Source of the DNA: an uncultured Phycisphaerales bacterium
GTDB lineage: Bacteria; Planctomycetota; Phycisphaerae; Tepidisphaerales; Tepidisphaeraceae
Direction: 5' to 3'
Length of the DNA stretch: 64,000 nt
Assembly: GCA_963844715.1 (NCBI GenBank)
Contig: CAWJPJ010000007.1
Location: 672,001-736,000, forward strand
The notes under the pieces are model-generated. The model searched no databases, was not told the origin of the DNA, and worked only from the letters and a program-made list of their open reading frames with translations. Position numbers and translations under genes: made by a program. Each line of letters starts with the position of its first letter. Within the stretch, counting starts at the first letter, position 1. Positions 54,827 through 64,000 of this stretch are shown one piece after another.

Positions 54827-55126
54827 ATGGATTCGCATCACGTTGGCAGTTCGTGTTTGCACCGTCGAATGTGCCATTTCAGGGGTCGCGTCCAGGGGGT
54901 TGGGTTCCGATACACAGTCAAGAATTTAGCGATGCAATACGATGTCTACGGGTACGTTAAGAACCTCCCCGACGGCAGTGTTGAACTGGTCGTCGAAGGC
55001 CCCGACTCCGAAATGCAAGGGCTCATCGAAGACGTTCACCGCAAAATGAACCCCTACATCGCCAAGATAGACCAAACCGAAGCCCCAGCCACCGGCGAAT
55101 TCGACTACTTCCACATTCGCCACTGA
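54827..55126 (+). CDS. acyP: Acylphosphatase
   Basis: GRVQGVGFR, GYVKNLPDGSVE. Confidence 0.93.
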   Translation: MDSHHVGSSCLHRRMCHFRGRVQGVGFRYTVKNLAMQYDVYGYVKNLPDGSVELVVEGPDSEMQGLIEDVHRKMNPYIAKIDQTEAPATGEFDYFHIRH

Positions 55127-55210
55127 AATTTCGGCATTCAACGCCCCCTCCTGCTCGCCCCTGCACCCGTCTGGAATCTGCATCTTTGAGCGGCTAAACT
55201 CGATTATCTC

Positions 55211-56119
55211 ATGTATCGCACCTTCGTGATCATGCGCTATACCTTCCTGGAGGCCACGCTCCAGCCAATCTACGGGTTCCTGATCACGCTTGGCGGAGCC
55301 ATCGTCATCATCTTCGGTCTGCTCCCCTTCTTCGCCCTCGGGGAAGACACCAAGATGTACATCTCAGTCACCCTCGACGTCATTCTGCTGATCGTTCTGC
55401 TTACCTCCCTCTTTGCCGCCAGCAAATCGATCTATGACGAGATCGAAGATCGCACCATGCTGACCCTGATGAGCAAACCCGTCCAGCGCTGGCAGGTCAT
55501 GCTGGGCAAGTACTTCGGAATCATCCTTTCTGCCGGCCTGGGCGTGGCCATTCTGGGCTGCATACTCGCCTTGGGGACGTGGTTTCGAATACCCAACGAC
55601 TATCTTCTCAATATCCAGACCCTCAACGACCTGGTCAGCACGCGAATCTGGCAATATCGCCTGATGCATATATCGGGCCTGATTCCGCAACTGATCCTCA
55701 CCTGGCTCCAGATCAGCGTGCTGGTCGCCATTTCGGTGGCGCTCTCGACGCGCTTCTCCCTGGTGGTGAATCTGCCGGCGGTTCTGATGATTTACGTCGC
55801 CGGCAATCTGACCCGCTTTCTCTACCCGCTCTCGACCGGCGCGCTGGCCGGCAAGCCCGCAATCGTCAAAGGCGTGGCCTGGTTCTTCAGCCTGATCCTT
55901 CCGTATCTTGAGTCGTTTGACCTTAAAAAGTGGACTGTACTTTCGACCATCCGCGTCCCCGGTACGACGTTCGCCGCTGACTCGCGCGGCGTGTTCCTCA
56001 GCGACATCTACGGCGGCGTCGCCCATGCCGCCCTCTACGCCGTCGCCTACGTCGGCTTCGCCCTCTGCGCGGGGCTGATCAGCTTCCAAAGCCGCGAACT
56101 GGGCGGCGGCGAAGGATAA
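55211..56119 (+). CDS. ABC-2-type permease
   Basis: EIEDRTMLTLMSKPVQRWQVMLGKYFG; about six TMs. Confidence 0.8.
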   Translation: MYRTFVIMRYTFLEATLQPIYGFLITLGGAIVIIFGLLPFFALGEDTKMYISVTLDVILLIVLLTSLFAASKSIYDEIEDRTMLTLMSKPVQRWQVMLGKYFGIILSAGLGVAILGCILALGTWFRIPNDYLLNIQTLNDLVSTRIWQYRLMHISGLIPQLILTWLQISVLVAISVALSTRFSLVVNLPAVLMIYVAGNLTRFLYPLSTGALAGKPAIVKGVAWFFSLILPYLESFDLKKWTVLSTIRVPGTTFAADSRGVFLSDIYGGVAHAALYAVAYVGFALCAGLISFQSRELGGGEG

Positions 56120-56139
56120 TTTCCGTTTCCAGGAGTCCC

Positions 56140-56916
56140 TTGGACCCTCCTACGAGAGAGAAGTTTCTTAACGACGTCCTCGAATTGGTCGCGCGGAAAT
56201 TCCCCCTGGTAAAAGTGGCGCGAGGGCAGGCGAGTTTCTCGCTGGCCGTAAACGGTCAATCCGCCTCGCTTGAAAACGTCTATCGCGTTTCGGTTCTGCG
56301 TCCGGACGAAACCAGCAAATACGTCGAGCGTTGGATTGTCGAGCTGCTCCGCGCTTCCGAGGGAACGCCTGACGCTCGCGAGCCTTTCGATACGGTGCGC
56401 GAGCGTATTCTTCCCATGATCGCGCCCGATCCCAGCGACATCATCCAGCAGGCCGTCACGCAGCCTCTCATCAACGGGCTATCCGTCGCCTACGTCGTCG
56501 ATCAGGATCGTTCGGTCTCATATGTCACTCAGCAGCGGCTGGCGCAGTGGGGCATCCCGATCGACGACTTGCACGCCGCCGCGCTGGAGAATCTGACCGC
56601 CCACAGCCAGGAACTGGAGGCTCACGCCGCCCAGGATGAGCAGGGGGGCATTTATCTGATCCTCTTCCAGACGATGGACGGCTTCGACGCCAGCCGCGTT
56701 CTCCTCCCCAGCCTCCACGAAAAGCTCCGCGGCCATCTGGGCTCCCCGTTCTTCGCCGCCATTCCCAATCGGGATATTCTTCTCTGCTTTCGCAACGACG
56801 ACGAAACGCTGGCCAAGCTTCGCCCGCAGATTGAATCCGATTTCCGGCGCATGCCGCATGAATTGACGGACAAAATCCTGCTGATCACTGCCGACGGGAT
56901 TGCCTCGCGCGAGTGA
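56140..56916 (+). CDS. DUF1444-like protein
   Basis: RILPMI, AYVVD, AALENL, DGFDASRVL, AIPNRDIL. Confidence 0.7.
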   Translation: MDPPTREKFLNDVLELVARKFPLVKVARGQASFSLAVNGQSASLENVYRVSVLRPDETSKYVERWIVELLRASEGTPDAREPFDTVRERILPMIAPDPSDIIQQAVTQPLINGLSVAYVVDQDRSVSYVTQQRLAQWGIPIDDLHAAALENLTAHSQELEAHAAQDEQGGIYLILFQTMDGFDASRVLLPSLHEKLRGHLGSPFFAAIPNRDILLCFRNDDETLAKLRPQIESDFRRMPHELTDKILLITADGIASRE

Positions 56917-56963
56917 TTTGCGATTCGGACAGCTCTTCCCCTAAAATTTGCGTCCCCTCTTTT

Positions 56964-57006
56964 CCCCGCCACCCCGGTATTTCCGGGGGGAGGGCCAGGG
57001 AGGGGG
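56964..57006. repeat. REP-like hairpin related to 6906-6947
   Basis: ccccgccaccccggtatttccggggggagggccagggaggggg. Confidence 0.6.
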
Positions 57007-57027
57007 TTTCAGGAGCCAGGGAGTCCC

Positions 57028-57807
57028 ATGCGTTTCGGAATCTGCGCCCCAGTTGAAAACGCCCACGAACTGCGTGCCGGCGGCGCGGACTTCGTCGAGG
57101 AAAATGTCCAAAACCTTCTCGATGGCCAGGTGCCCGAGGCGCAGTGGCGGGGGGGTGAACGAGCCGGGAAATCCGCACTCCCCGTCGCGGCCGCCAATTG
57201 CCTTATCCCCGGCACATTGAAAATCGTCGGCCCGGCCGTAAACAACGAGAAGATCAAAACCTATCTGACGGCTGTCACCGCCCGTGCCCGCGCCGTCGGG
57301 ATAAAAATCCTCGTCTTCGGCAGCGCCGGAGCCCGCAACGTTCCCGAGGGTTTTGATCCCAAGGAAGCACGCCGGCAGATCCTCGATTTTTTGCGCATGG
57401 CTGTTCCCCTTGCGGCGGTGCAAGGTATCACGATGGTCGCCGAGCCCCTCGATCGAAACGAATCGAACATTATCCATACCATCGCCGACGCGATGGATTT
57501 AGTTCGCCAGATTAATCACCCGAATTTCGAATGTCTTGTTGACAGTTTTCACTTTTGGGTCAACAACGACAGCCTGGAGGATTTGCAGAAGTCCGTCGCG
57601 CACATTCGCCACGTGCACGTCGCCGATCAGCAAGGCCGCGTACCCCCTGGCGAAAGCGGAAAAAGTGATTATCGTCCCCTCTTCCGCGTCCTGAAGAGGG
57701 GCGGATATGAAGGCGGTATCAGCGTCGAATCGCCCACCTGGACCCGATACGCGGCCGAAACGCCGCGCGTCATCCAGTTTTTAAAAAGTCAGTGGCAGGA
57801 AGCTTAA
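57028..57807 (+). CDS. Sugar phosphate isomerase/epimerase (xylose isomerase-like TIM barrel)
   Basis: AEPLDRNE, DSFH, HVHVAD, ISVE. Confidence 0.85.
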   Translation: MRFGICAPVENAHELRAGGADFVEENVQNLLDGQVPEAQWRGGERAGKSALPVAAANCLIPGTLKIVGPAVNNEKIKTYLTAVTARARAVGIKILVFGSAGARNVPEGFDPKEARRQILDFLRMAVPLAAVQGITMVAEPLDRNESNIIHTIADAMDLVRQINHPNFECLVDSFHFWVNNDSLEDLQKSVAHIRHVHVADQQGRVPPGESGKSDYRPLFRVLKRGGYEGGISVESPTWTRYAAETPRVIQFLKSQWQEA

Positions 57808-57823
57808 TCCAAGGAAAAGAACC

Positions 57824-58903
57824 ATGGCAAACCGAATTTATAATTTCAGCGCCGGACCGGCGATGTTGCCGACCGAAGTTCTCGAAAAATCCGCCGTCGC
57901 GCTGGTCGATTATCAGGGCAAAGGTTTTGGCATCGCCGAGGTGAGCCATCGCGGCAAGGAATTCGAGGCCGTCAACGATGAAGCCATTGCCCGTTGCAAA
58001 CAGCTTTTGGGCCTCGGCGACAGCCACGACGTTCTCTTCCTCCAGGGCGGCGCCACGCAGCTCTTTACGATCATTCCCATGAACTTCCTCCACACCAGCG
58101 CCGACTATCTGGTCGCCGGCGAGTGGAGCAAGAAAGCTGTCTCCTTCGGAAAAGAGGTCGGAAAGATCAATGTCATCGGCAACACCGAGGCCAGCAACTT
58201 CGATCACTCTCCGCTTCCCAGCGAATGGAAGCTCGATGCGGCCGCCGATTACCTGCACGTCTGCTCCAATGAAACCGTGCACGGCCATCGCCTGCCCGCC
58301 TGGCCCAAACATCCGAATCTTATCGTTGACGCCAGCAGCGAATTCCTCTCTCGTCCTCACCCGGCGCAGGATTGTGCTCTGATTTATGGCGGCGCGCAAA
58401 AGAATCTCGGCCCCGCCGGCGTCGTGCTGGTCATCGTTCGCAAGGATATGTATCCCAAGCAGAAGAAGACGCCCAGCAAGCTTTGGAGCTTTAAGGACCA
58501 GGCTGAGAACAAGTCCATGCTCAACACGCCGCCGACGTTCGGCGTTTATGTTCTTTTGGAAATCTTCCGCTGGCTCGAGGCCCAGGGCGGCCTGGCGACG
58601 ATGGAAAAGCGCAACGCCGAAAAAGCCGCCGCTGTTTATGGCGCGATCGACAATTCCAACGGCTTTTATAAGGGAACCGTTTCCAACAAGGACCAGCGTT
58701 CCCACATGAACGTCACGTATCGCCTGCCCAGCGAGGAATTGACCGACGAATTCGTGAAGACCGCCGGCAAGAACGGCATGATGGGCCTCAAAGGCTATCG
58801 CACCGTCGGCGGCATTCGCGCCAGCATCTACAACGCCATGCCCCCGGCAGGCGCGACGGCCCTGGCGCAATTCATGAAGGATTTCGCGTCCAAAAAATCC
58901 TAA
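57824..58903 (+). CDS. serC: Phosphoserine aminotransferase
   Basis: NFSAGPAMLP, LQGGAT, GAQKNLGPAG, NTPPTF, GGIRASIYNA. Confidence 0.96.
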   Translation: MANRIYNFSAGPAMLPTEVLEKSAVALVDYQGKGFGIAEVSHRGKEFEAVNDEAIARCKQLLGLGDSHDVLFLQGGATQLFTIIPMNFLHTSADYLVAGEWSKKAVSFGKEVGKINVIGNTEASNFDHSPLPSEWKLDAAADYLHVCSNETVHGHRLPAWPKHPNLIVDASSEFLSRPHPAQDCALIYGGAQKNLGPAGVVLVIVRKDMYPKQKKTPSKLWSFKDQAENKSMLNTPPTFGVYVLLEIFRWLEAQGGLATMEKRNAEKAAAVYGAIDNSNGFYKGTVSNKDQRSHMNVTYRLPSEELTDEFVKTAGKNGMMGLKGYRTVGGIRASIYNAMPPAGATALAQFMKDFASKKS

Positions 58904-59005
58904 CCCGCGCGAACAATCTTAGTTGGCGGGCGAGCGTTCCGGGCTGAGCTTCTCGAAGCCAGTTCGCCGTTAAGACCGCGAGTTGCGCCCGCTCGCGAGC
59001 GCCGG

Positions 59006-59034
59006 TTGCTTCCCAATCCCCCAACCCATACCAT
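59006..59034 (+). promoter_or_regulatory. Sigma70-like promoter for the rrf2-dedA-tsaB unit
   Basis: TTGCTT-17 bp-TACCAT. Confidence 0.5.
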
Positions 59035-59061
59035 TTCGATCGGCTTTCCATAGGGAGATCG

Positions 59062-59504
59062 ATTCGCCTATCCAAGCGGACCGAATACGGCTTACGCGCG
59101 GTCGTCCAGCTCGCCCGCCTCTGGCCAACCGGCTTCATCCAATCGCGCGATCTCTCCCAGCAGGAAGACCTCCCCAATAAATTCCTCGAATCGATTCTCC
59201 TGGCCCTCCGGCGCGGCGGGTTCCTCGAAAGCAAGGTCGGCAGCGGGGGGGATATCGGCTCTCCCGCGCGCCGCGCGAGATCAGCGTCGGCGATCTCATC
59301 CGCCGACTCGAGGGCCGGCTCACCGTCAAGGAAAACGCCTCGGTTCCCACAACCGACCTCTCGCCGGGTAAGATCGCCGTGCGGCTTCTCAACGATCGGC
59401 TCACCCAGGCGACCGACGACGTATTGGATCAATTGACCCTCGAGCAGTTGATGGAACACGTCAACCGCGCCGCAAATGTTCAGCAGGCCATGTACTACAT
59501 CTAA
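59062..59504 (+). CDS. Rrf2-family regulator (CymR-like, no Cys), apparent ATT start; frameshift in the G-run near 59250
   Basis: Manual translation IRLSKRTEYGLRAVVQLA...KFLESILLALRRGGFLESKVGSGGGYRL...MYYI; missed by the ORF track. Confidence 0.88.
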
Positions 59505-59531
59505 CTTTTTTCACTTTTCCGCGGCTGCTCC

Positions 59532-60227
59532 ATGACGCTCGCCTTCCTCGGCCTCGATTTCCAGCACGTCCAGCCCTGGCTCGAATCCGGCGGCTACGGC
59601 GTCCTCTTCCTGCTGCTTTTCGCCTGCGGGCTGGGCCTGCCGCTTCCAGAGGACATCCCGCTCATCGCCTCGGGCATCCTCATCGCACAGCACCAGATGC
59701 ATCTTGCCTTCGCCGCACCGGTCGCGTGGCTCGGAATCGTCGGCGGCGACTGCATGCTCTACCGTTTCGGGTATCGCTACGGCAGAAATATCTGCAAGCT
59801 CCCCTACATCGGGAAACACGTCACCGTTCCGCGGCTTCAGCGCGCCGAAGTGCTCTTTGCCAAATGGGGCATCTGGGTTGTCGCCGTCGGCCGGCTCTTC
59901 GCCGGGATTCGCGGCGCGATGGTGGTCGCCGCCGGCACCACGCGATTTAAATTCATCAAGTTCATCATCGCCGATGCCCTTGCGGCGATCGTCAGCGGCG
60001 GATTGTTCATGTCCGTCGGCTACTGGTTCGGCTCCAACCTCGACACCATGTGGAAAAAAGCCCACGAGTTCAAACTCGCCCTGGCCATCGCCGCGCTCAT
60101 ACTGGCCACCGGGGTGATCCTCTATGTCCGCTGGCGCAACCGCCGCCACACCACGCTCGGCCAGGTTGTCGTCGATAAAGTTCAGCAAGTCGCCGGCAAT
60201 TCCACCGAACAATCGCCGCAACCGTAG
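59532..60227 (+). CDS. DedA family protein
   Basis: GLPLPED, GDCMLYRFG, GRLFAGIR. Confidence 0.92.
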   Translation: MTLAFLGLDFQHVQPWLESGGYGVLFLLLFACGLGLPLPEDIPLIASGILIAQHQMHLAFAAPVAWLGIVGGDCMLYRFGYRYGRNICKLPYIGKHVTVPRLQRAEVLFAKWGIWVVAVGRLFAGIRGAMVVAAGTTRFKFIKFIIADALAAIVSGGLFMSVGYWFGSNLDTMWKKAHEFKLALAIAALILATGVILYVRWRNRRHTTLGQVVVDKVQQVAGNSTEQSPQP

Positions 60228-60229
60228 AG

Positions 60230-60961
60230 TTGAACGTGAATCTTGCCCTGGCGATTGAAACTTCCAGCCGAATCGGATCGGTCGCCCTCTGCCAGGACGG
60301 CGAAACGCTCGCCGACGAAACTTTCCCCCACGGCCTGCAAAACGCGGCCCGAATCGTCCCCGCCATCGATGCCCTGTGCCGAAAACTCGCCCGCCAAAGC
60401 CGCGACATCCGCGAGATTTACGTCTCCGCCGGACCCGGTTCCTTCACCGGCCTGCGCATCGGCATCACGCTTGCAAAAACTCTCGCCTTCGCGACTGGCG
60501 CCAAGCTCATTGCCGTTCCCAGCGTCCGCGTGCTGGTCGAGAACGCTCCCGCCGAGGCCCAACGCGTCGTCATCGTTCTCGACGCCAAGCGCGATCAGAT
60601 TTTCACCGCGACATTTGAGAAAGATGGAGACACCTGGATCGAGCGCGAGCCGGCCACGCTCGATTCTCTGGCAGCCGTCCTCTCGCGCACGCCGCGCCCC
60701 GTTTATCTATTGGGCGAGGGAATCCCCTTTCACGAAAAGTTCATCCCGCCGAATGACCCCGGCGTCCATCTCGCACCCGAACCTCTTTGGCGACCCCGCG
60801 CCCAGGTCGTCGCGCGACTTGGTTGGCATCTCGCCCGCGCCGGAAAATTCGTCAATCCGATGGAACTGGTCCCCATATACATCCGCCGGCCCGAAGCCGA
60901 GGAAAAGTTACACTTCCGCGGCGTCGATCCGCTCGCGGGTGAGCAAAATATTTCCAAATGA
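60230..60961 (+). CDS. tsaB: tRNA threonylcarbamoyladenosine biosynthesis protein TsaB
   Basis: LAIETSS, GPGSFTGLRIG, LDAKRDQIF, PIYIRRPEAE. Confidence 0.95.
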   Translation: MNVNLALAIETSSRIGSVALCQDGETLADETFPHGLQNAARIVPAIDALCRKLARQSRDIREIYVSAGPGSFTGLRIGITLAKTLAFATGAKLIAVPSVRVLVENAPAEAQRVVIVLDAKRDQIFTATFEKDGDTWIEREPATLDSLAAVLSRTPRPVYLLGEGIPFHEKFIPPNDPGVHLAPEPLWRPRAQVVARLGWHLARAGKFVNPMELVPIYIRRPEAEEKLHFRGVDPLAGEQNISK

Positions 60962-61745
60962 AATGTCCATCTTCTTTTCGACGGGCAAGCGCACATATCG
61001 CTTATCCCCGAAAACCTTCGGCACCCAGTCGACGGAAGCGGGAGGGTGAATCAAATACGCCTGGTATCCCAGGTCCGCGAAAAATCGCCGGATCGGATAA
61101 TCCGCCTGCGGCTGAACCCCCGCGATTCCCGTGTTGATCTCAAACACCACGTTCCGCGCCGCGCCCCCGGAAAAAAAATTCCATCCCCCGCGAACCACCC
61201 GATCCTCAAAACCCTCCACGTCGATCTTGACCATGCCCACATTCCTGAACCCATGCTCCGCGTGCAGCTCATCCAGGGTCACGACTGCGCACCGATTCTT
61301 TTTCCCCCGATCCCGACAAAAGCGTGCACATCCCCTCGTCCTCGGTATTAATCGAGAGTTCTCCGGTCCCGGCTGTGTCCCCCAGCGCCACGTTCATCAC
61401 GTGAAAATTCCCCGGCTCGTTCAATTCCGCATTCGCCTTCAAATACTCAGACGTGCGCCGATTCGGCTCAAACGCCCACACTTCCCCGCCCGGCGAAACG
61501 CGCTGCATCGCCAGCACGGAGAAATAGCCGATGTGGCTTCCGATATCGATGAACGTGTCCCCCGCCCCCAGCGGATCGGTCAGCGCCAGCGCCAGCGGCT
61601 CGTCGTACAACTCCCCGCGGCTCAAGATCGAGTGCAAAAAGCGATGGGTTTCCACGGACAAATCGAGCGAAATGCGAAATGGTTTGAAGTGCCTGGTCCG
61701 AACTTCAAGGCAGGTCAACTCGGCCACGCAATTTACACTACACAC
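60908..61745 (-). CDS. FkbM family methyltransferase (frameshift near 61300)
   Basis: FIDIGSHIGYFS, AFEPN, KIDVEGFE. Confidence 0.88.
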
Positions 61746-61752
61746 GCCTCAA

Positions 61753-62928
61753 TCAGCCCGCAATGGCGTTCGCCAGCGACGATCGGGGCAGCGGCTCCTC
61801 CGCTTCATGCTCAAACCGGCACACGCTCCGCAGCAGCCCCAGCGCCGCGCACGTAATCACCAGCCCGCTCCCCCCCGTGCTTACCAGCGGCAGCGACAAA
61901 CCCTTCGTCGGCACGCTGACCGTCGCGACGGCGATGTTGATCAGCGCCTGCAAACAAACCATCGTCCCAACCCCAAACGCCAGCAATCTGCCGAAGTTAT
62001 CCTTCTTTTCCTTCAGGGTCTGCCAGGCGCAATACAAAATCCCCAGATAAAGCGCGATCGTCAGCATCGCTCCAAACAGTCCCAATTCCTCGCAGATCAC
62101 CGCGAAAATAAAATCGGTCGTGTCTTCGGGAAGATATCCAAGTTTCTGAATCCCGTTTCCCAGCCCGCGCCCGGTGACCCCGCCGGTCGAGAAGCTCAGC
62201 AGGCTTTGGATCATGTGGTATCCCTCCTTTTGCGGCGTCGCGTAGGGATTCATGAACGCCGTGACGCGCCGCCAACGATAATCCTTGTGCATGAGGAACC
62301 ACAATCCCGCCAGCAGCACAGGGGGCAGCGTCAGCAGCAAATGCCGCCATCGCACCTGTCCCGCCAGGAGCATCACCATCGCTGCCGTCCCGATCAGCAT
62401 CGCCGTTCCGAAATCCTGAATGATCACCAGCAGAAATAAAGCCCCGACCGGCGCCAGCGTCGGCAAGAATCCGGTAGCGAACCGATCCATATTCACCGGC
62501 CGGTTCGTCAGCCACCACGCCAGGTAAATCACCACCGCCCACTTCGCCAATTCCGATGGCTGAATCTGAATCGGCCCCAGCGGGAGCCACCGCCGCGCCC
62601 CATTCACGGCCACGCCCACGTGCGGCGCCAGCACGATCAAATTCGCGACGATGCTGACGGTGAGGATCCAGAAAATGGGACTGCGCCGGAGGGTTCCGCC
62701 CGCCCGCGCCAGCACGCCGTAGTCGAACCTGCCGACCGCAAAAAACGTTGCCAGCGCCGCGGCCACAAAGATCAGGTGTTTCTGCCCCTTGGCGGTCCAT
62801 TGCCAGCCGGCCTGCCCGGTCACTGTGCTCGACGCCGACTGAACCATGATGATCCCCAGCAGCAAAAGCGCCAGCACGCAAAGGGTCAAAACATCCCGCG
62901 TCCGCAGCCGGTAGATGGAGAGGTCCAT
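61753..62928 (-). CDS. ftsW: SEDS family peptidoglycan glycosyltransferase FtsW
   Basis: VNGARRW, QPSELAK, LPEDTTDFIFAVICEELG, PTKGLSLPLVS. Confidence 0.9.
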   Translation of the reverse strand: MDLSIYRLRTRDVLTLCVLALLLLGIIMVQSASSTVTGQAGWQWTAKGQKHLIFVAAALATFFAVGRFDYGVLARAGGTLRRSPIFWILTVSIVANLIVLAPHVGVAVNGARRWLPLGPIQIQPSELAKWAVVIYLAWWLTNRPVNMDRFATGFLPTLAPVGALFLLVIIQDFGTAMLIGTAAMVMLLAGQVRWRHLLLTLPPVLLAGLWFLMHKDYRWRRVTAFMNPYATPQKEGYHMIQSLLSFSTGGVTGRGLGNGIQKLGYLPEDTTDFIFAVICEELGLFGAMLTIALYLGILYCAWQTLKEKKDNFGRLLAFGVGTMVCLQALINIAVATVSVPTKGLSLPLVSTGGSGLVITCAALGLLRSVCRFEHEAEEPLPRSSLANAIAG

Positions 62929-63094
62929 ATTGGAACATTATCGGACGCCCGGGGAATTCGACTTGAAATCGTTTATGCAGGCCCCATTTAGACGTGGATG
63001 GACATTATTTTATGGGACGATATAATTCCGCCCGCGCAGTGGGTGCGCAAGTCAGCGCGTTTGGTTTGAAAACATGTCCGGTTCAGGAGGCGCG

Positions 63095-63745
63095 ATGTTT
63101 CGCCGTGGCTTTTCGGTTTGTCTTGGATTGGGTTTGAGTCTGCTGGCCCTCGGCCACAGCGCGCCCGCATGGGCCACTCCGGCCGTCTTCGATTCAGCCG
63201 ACGGGTTTTGGTACCAGCCGGTCCTGGTTCCGACCGGCATCACCTGGACCGCCGCCCAAACTGCCGCCGTCAGCGCCGGCGGATATCTCGCCTGCCCGAC
63301 CAACGCCTCGGAAAACACCTTCGTCTTTGACCTTGTCGATTCCGACGCGTACTGGACGGGGCTAAGCGTCAACCAGGACATCCTCGGCCCCTGGCTCGGC
63401 GCATCGGCCAGCAACGACACCGACGCCACCTGGAAATGGGTCAACGGCGCCGCCTTCTCCTTCGCCCCGTGGGGACCGAATCAACCCGACGGCTTCCCCG
63501 GCGATCTGCCCAACCAGGCTGTCGAGTACTACGACTTCGCCGCCATCGGGTCCACCTGGGGCGACACTCCGCAGGAAGGCACCCCGGGCTTCACGCTACC
63601 GCAAGGATACGTCATCCAGTTCAACACCAACCCCAACGGTCCTGGCATCGTTCCGCTGCCCAAGGCCGTCTGGTCCGGCTTGGGCTTACTCATCGGATTG
63701 GGCGCAATCGCCATTTTCAGATCGCACCGATCGGCACCCCGATAA
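63095..63745 (+). CDS. C-type lectin-like protein with VPLP(A)-CTERM sorting tail
   Basis: TWTAAQ, GGYLA, WLGA, WGPNQPD, WGD; VPLPKAVWSGLGLL...RSHR. Confidence 0.8.
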   Translation: MFRRGFSVCLGLGLSLLALGHSAPAWATPAVFDSADGFWYQPVLVPTGITWTAAQTAAVSAGGYLACPTNASENTFVFDLVDSDAYWTGLSVNQDILGPWLGASASNDTDATWKWVNGAAFSFAPWGPNQPDGFPGDLPNQAVEYYDFAAIGSTWGDTPQEGTPGFTLPQGYVIQFNTNPNGPGIVPLPKAVWSGLGLLIGLGAIAIFRSHRSAPR

Positions 63746-63762
63746 ATTGATTTCCCACGATT

Positions 63763-64000
63763 TTATCTCAGCTTGATCGTCGCCAGTGCCAGCATCGCCA
63801 GCATGGCTCCCACCAGCCAAAATCGAATCACCACTTGCGTCTCGTGCCACCCCTTCTGTTGGAAATGATGGTGCAATGGCGACATCAAAAAAATCCGTCG
63901 GCCCTGCCCGTATCTGCGCCGGGTGTATTTGAACCACCCGACCTGGAGAATCACCGACGCCGCCTCGGCGACGAAGATTCCCCCGCAGATCACCAGCAGC
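63763..64000 (-). CDS. mraY: Phospho-N-acetylmuramoyl-pentapeptide transferase, C-terminal part
   Basis: [26 protein letters not shown]. Confidence 0.95.
   Translation of the reverse strand, partial: LLVICGGIFVAEAASVILQVGWFKYTRRRYGQGRRIFLMSPLHHHFQQKGWHETQVVIRFWLVGAMLAMLALATIKLR

Overview
64 kb of GC-rich chromosome, most likely from a planctomycete (Phycisphaerae/Tepidisphaerales-like). This is inferred from an H-X9-DG prepilin, PEP-CTERM and VPLP-CTERM proteins, a fragmented dcw region and characteristic hypothetical families. Housekeeping content: rlmN end, gmd-fcl-GDP-mannose 3,5-epimerase-GT4 operon, an F0/delta/alpha-only ATP synthase operon, rny, purB, pheA, serC, a lone sdhB, tsaB, ftsW and the mraY end. 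Accessory content: one complete IS5-family element, two toxin-antitoxin-like pairs, glycosylation genes, an SsuABC-type importer and several short-repeat families. Dozens of single-base frameshifts fall in essential genes, so the sequence looks like an unpolished long-read assembly; most split genes are treated as intact. The most interesting items are: (1) a type II FAS/PKS-like cluster pairing an active with a catalytically degenerate ketosynthase and dehydratase, plus an enlarged ACP; (2) a membrane-anchored, catalytically degenerate GspE/PilB-type ATPase next to a CvpA-like protein; (3) a promoter-driven structured RNA upstream of rny; (4) an Rrf2 regulator that appears to start at ATT; (5) heptamer-built palindromes, with a related repeat inside a prepilin leader; (6) a His-rich insertion in ATP synthase subunit a. 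No tRNA, rRNA or CRISPR array was recognised.
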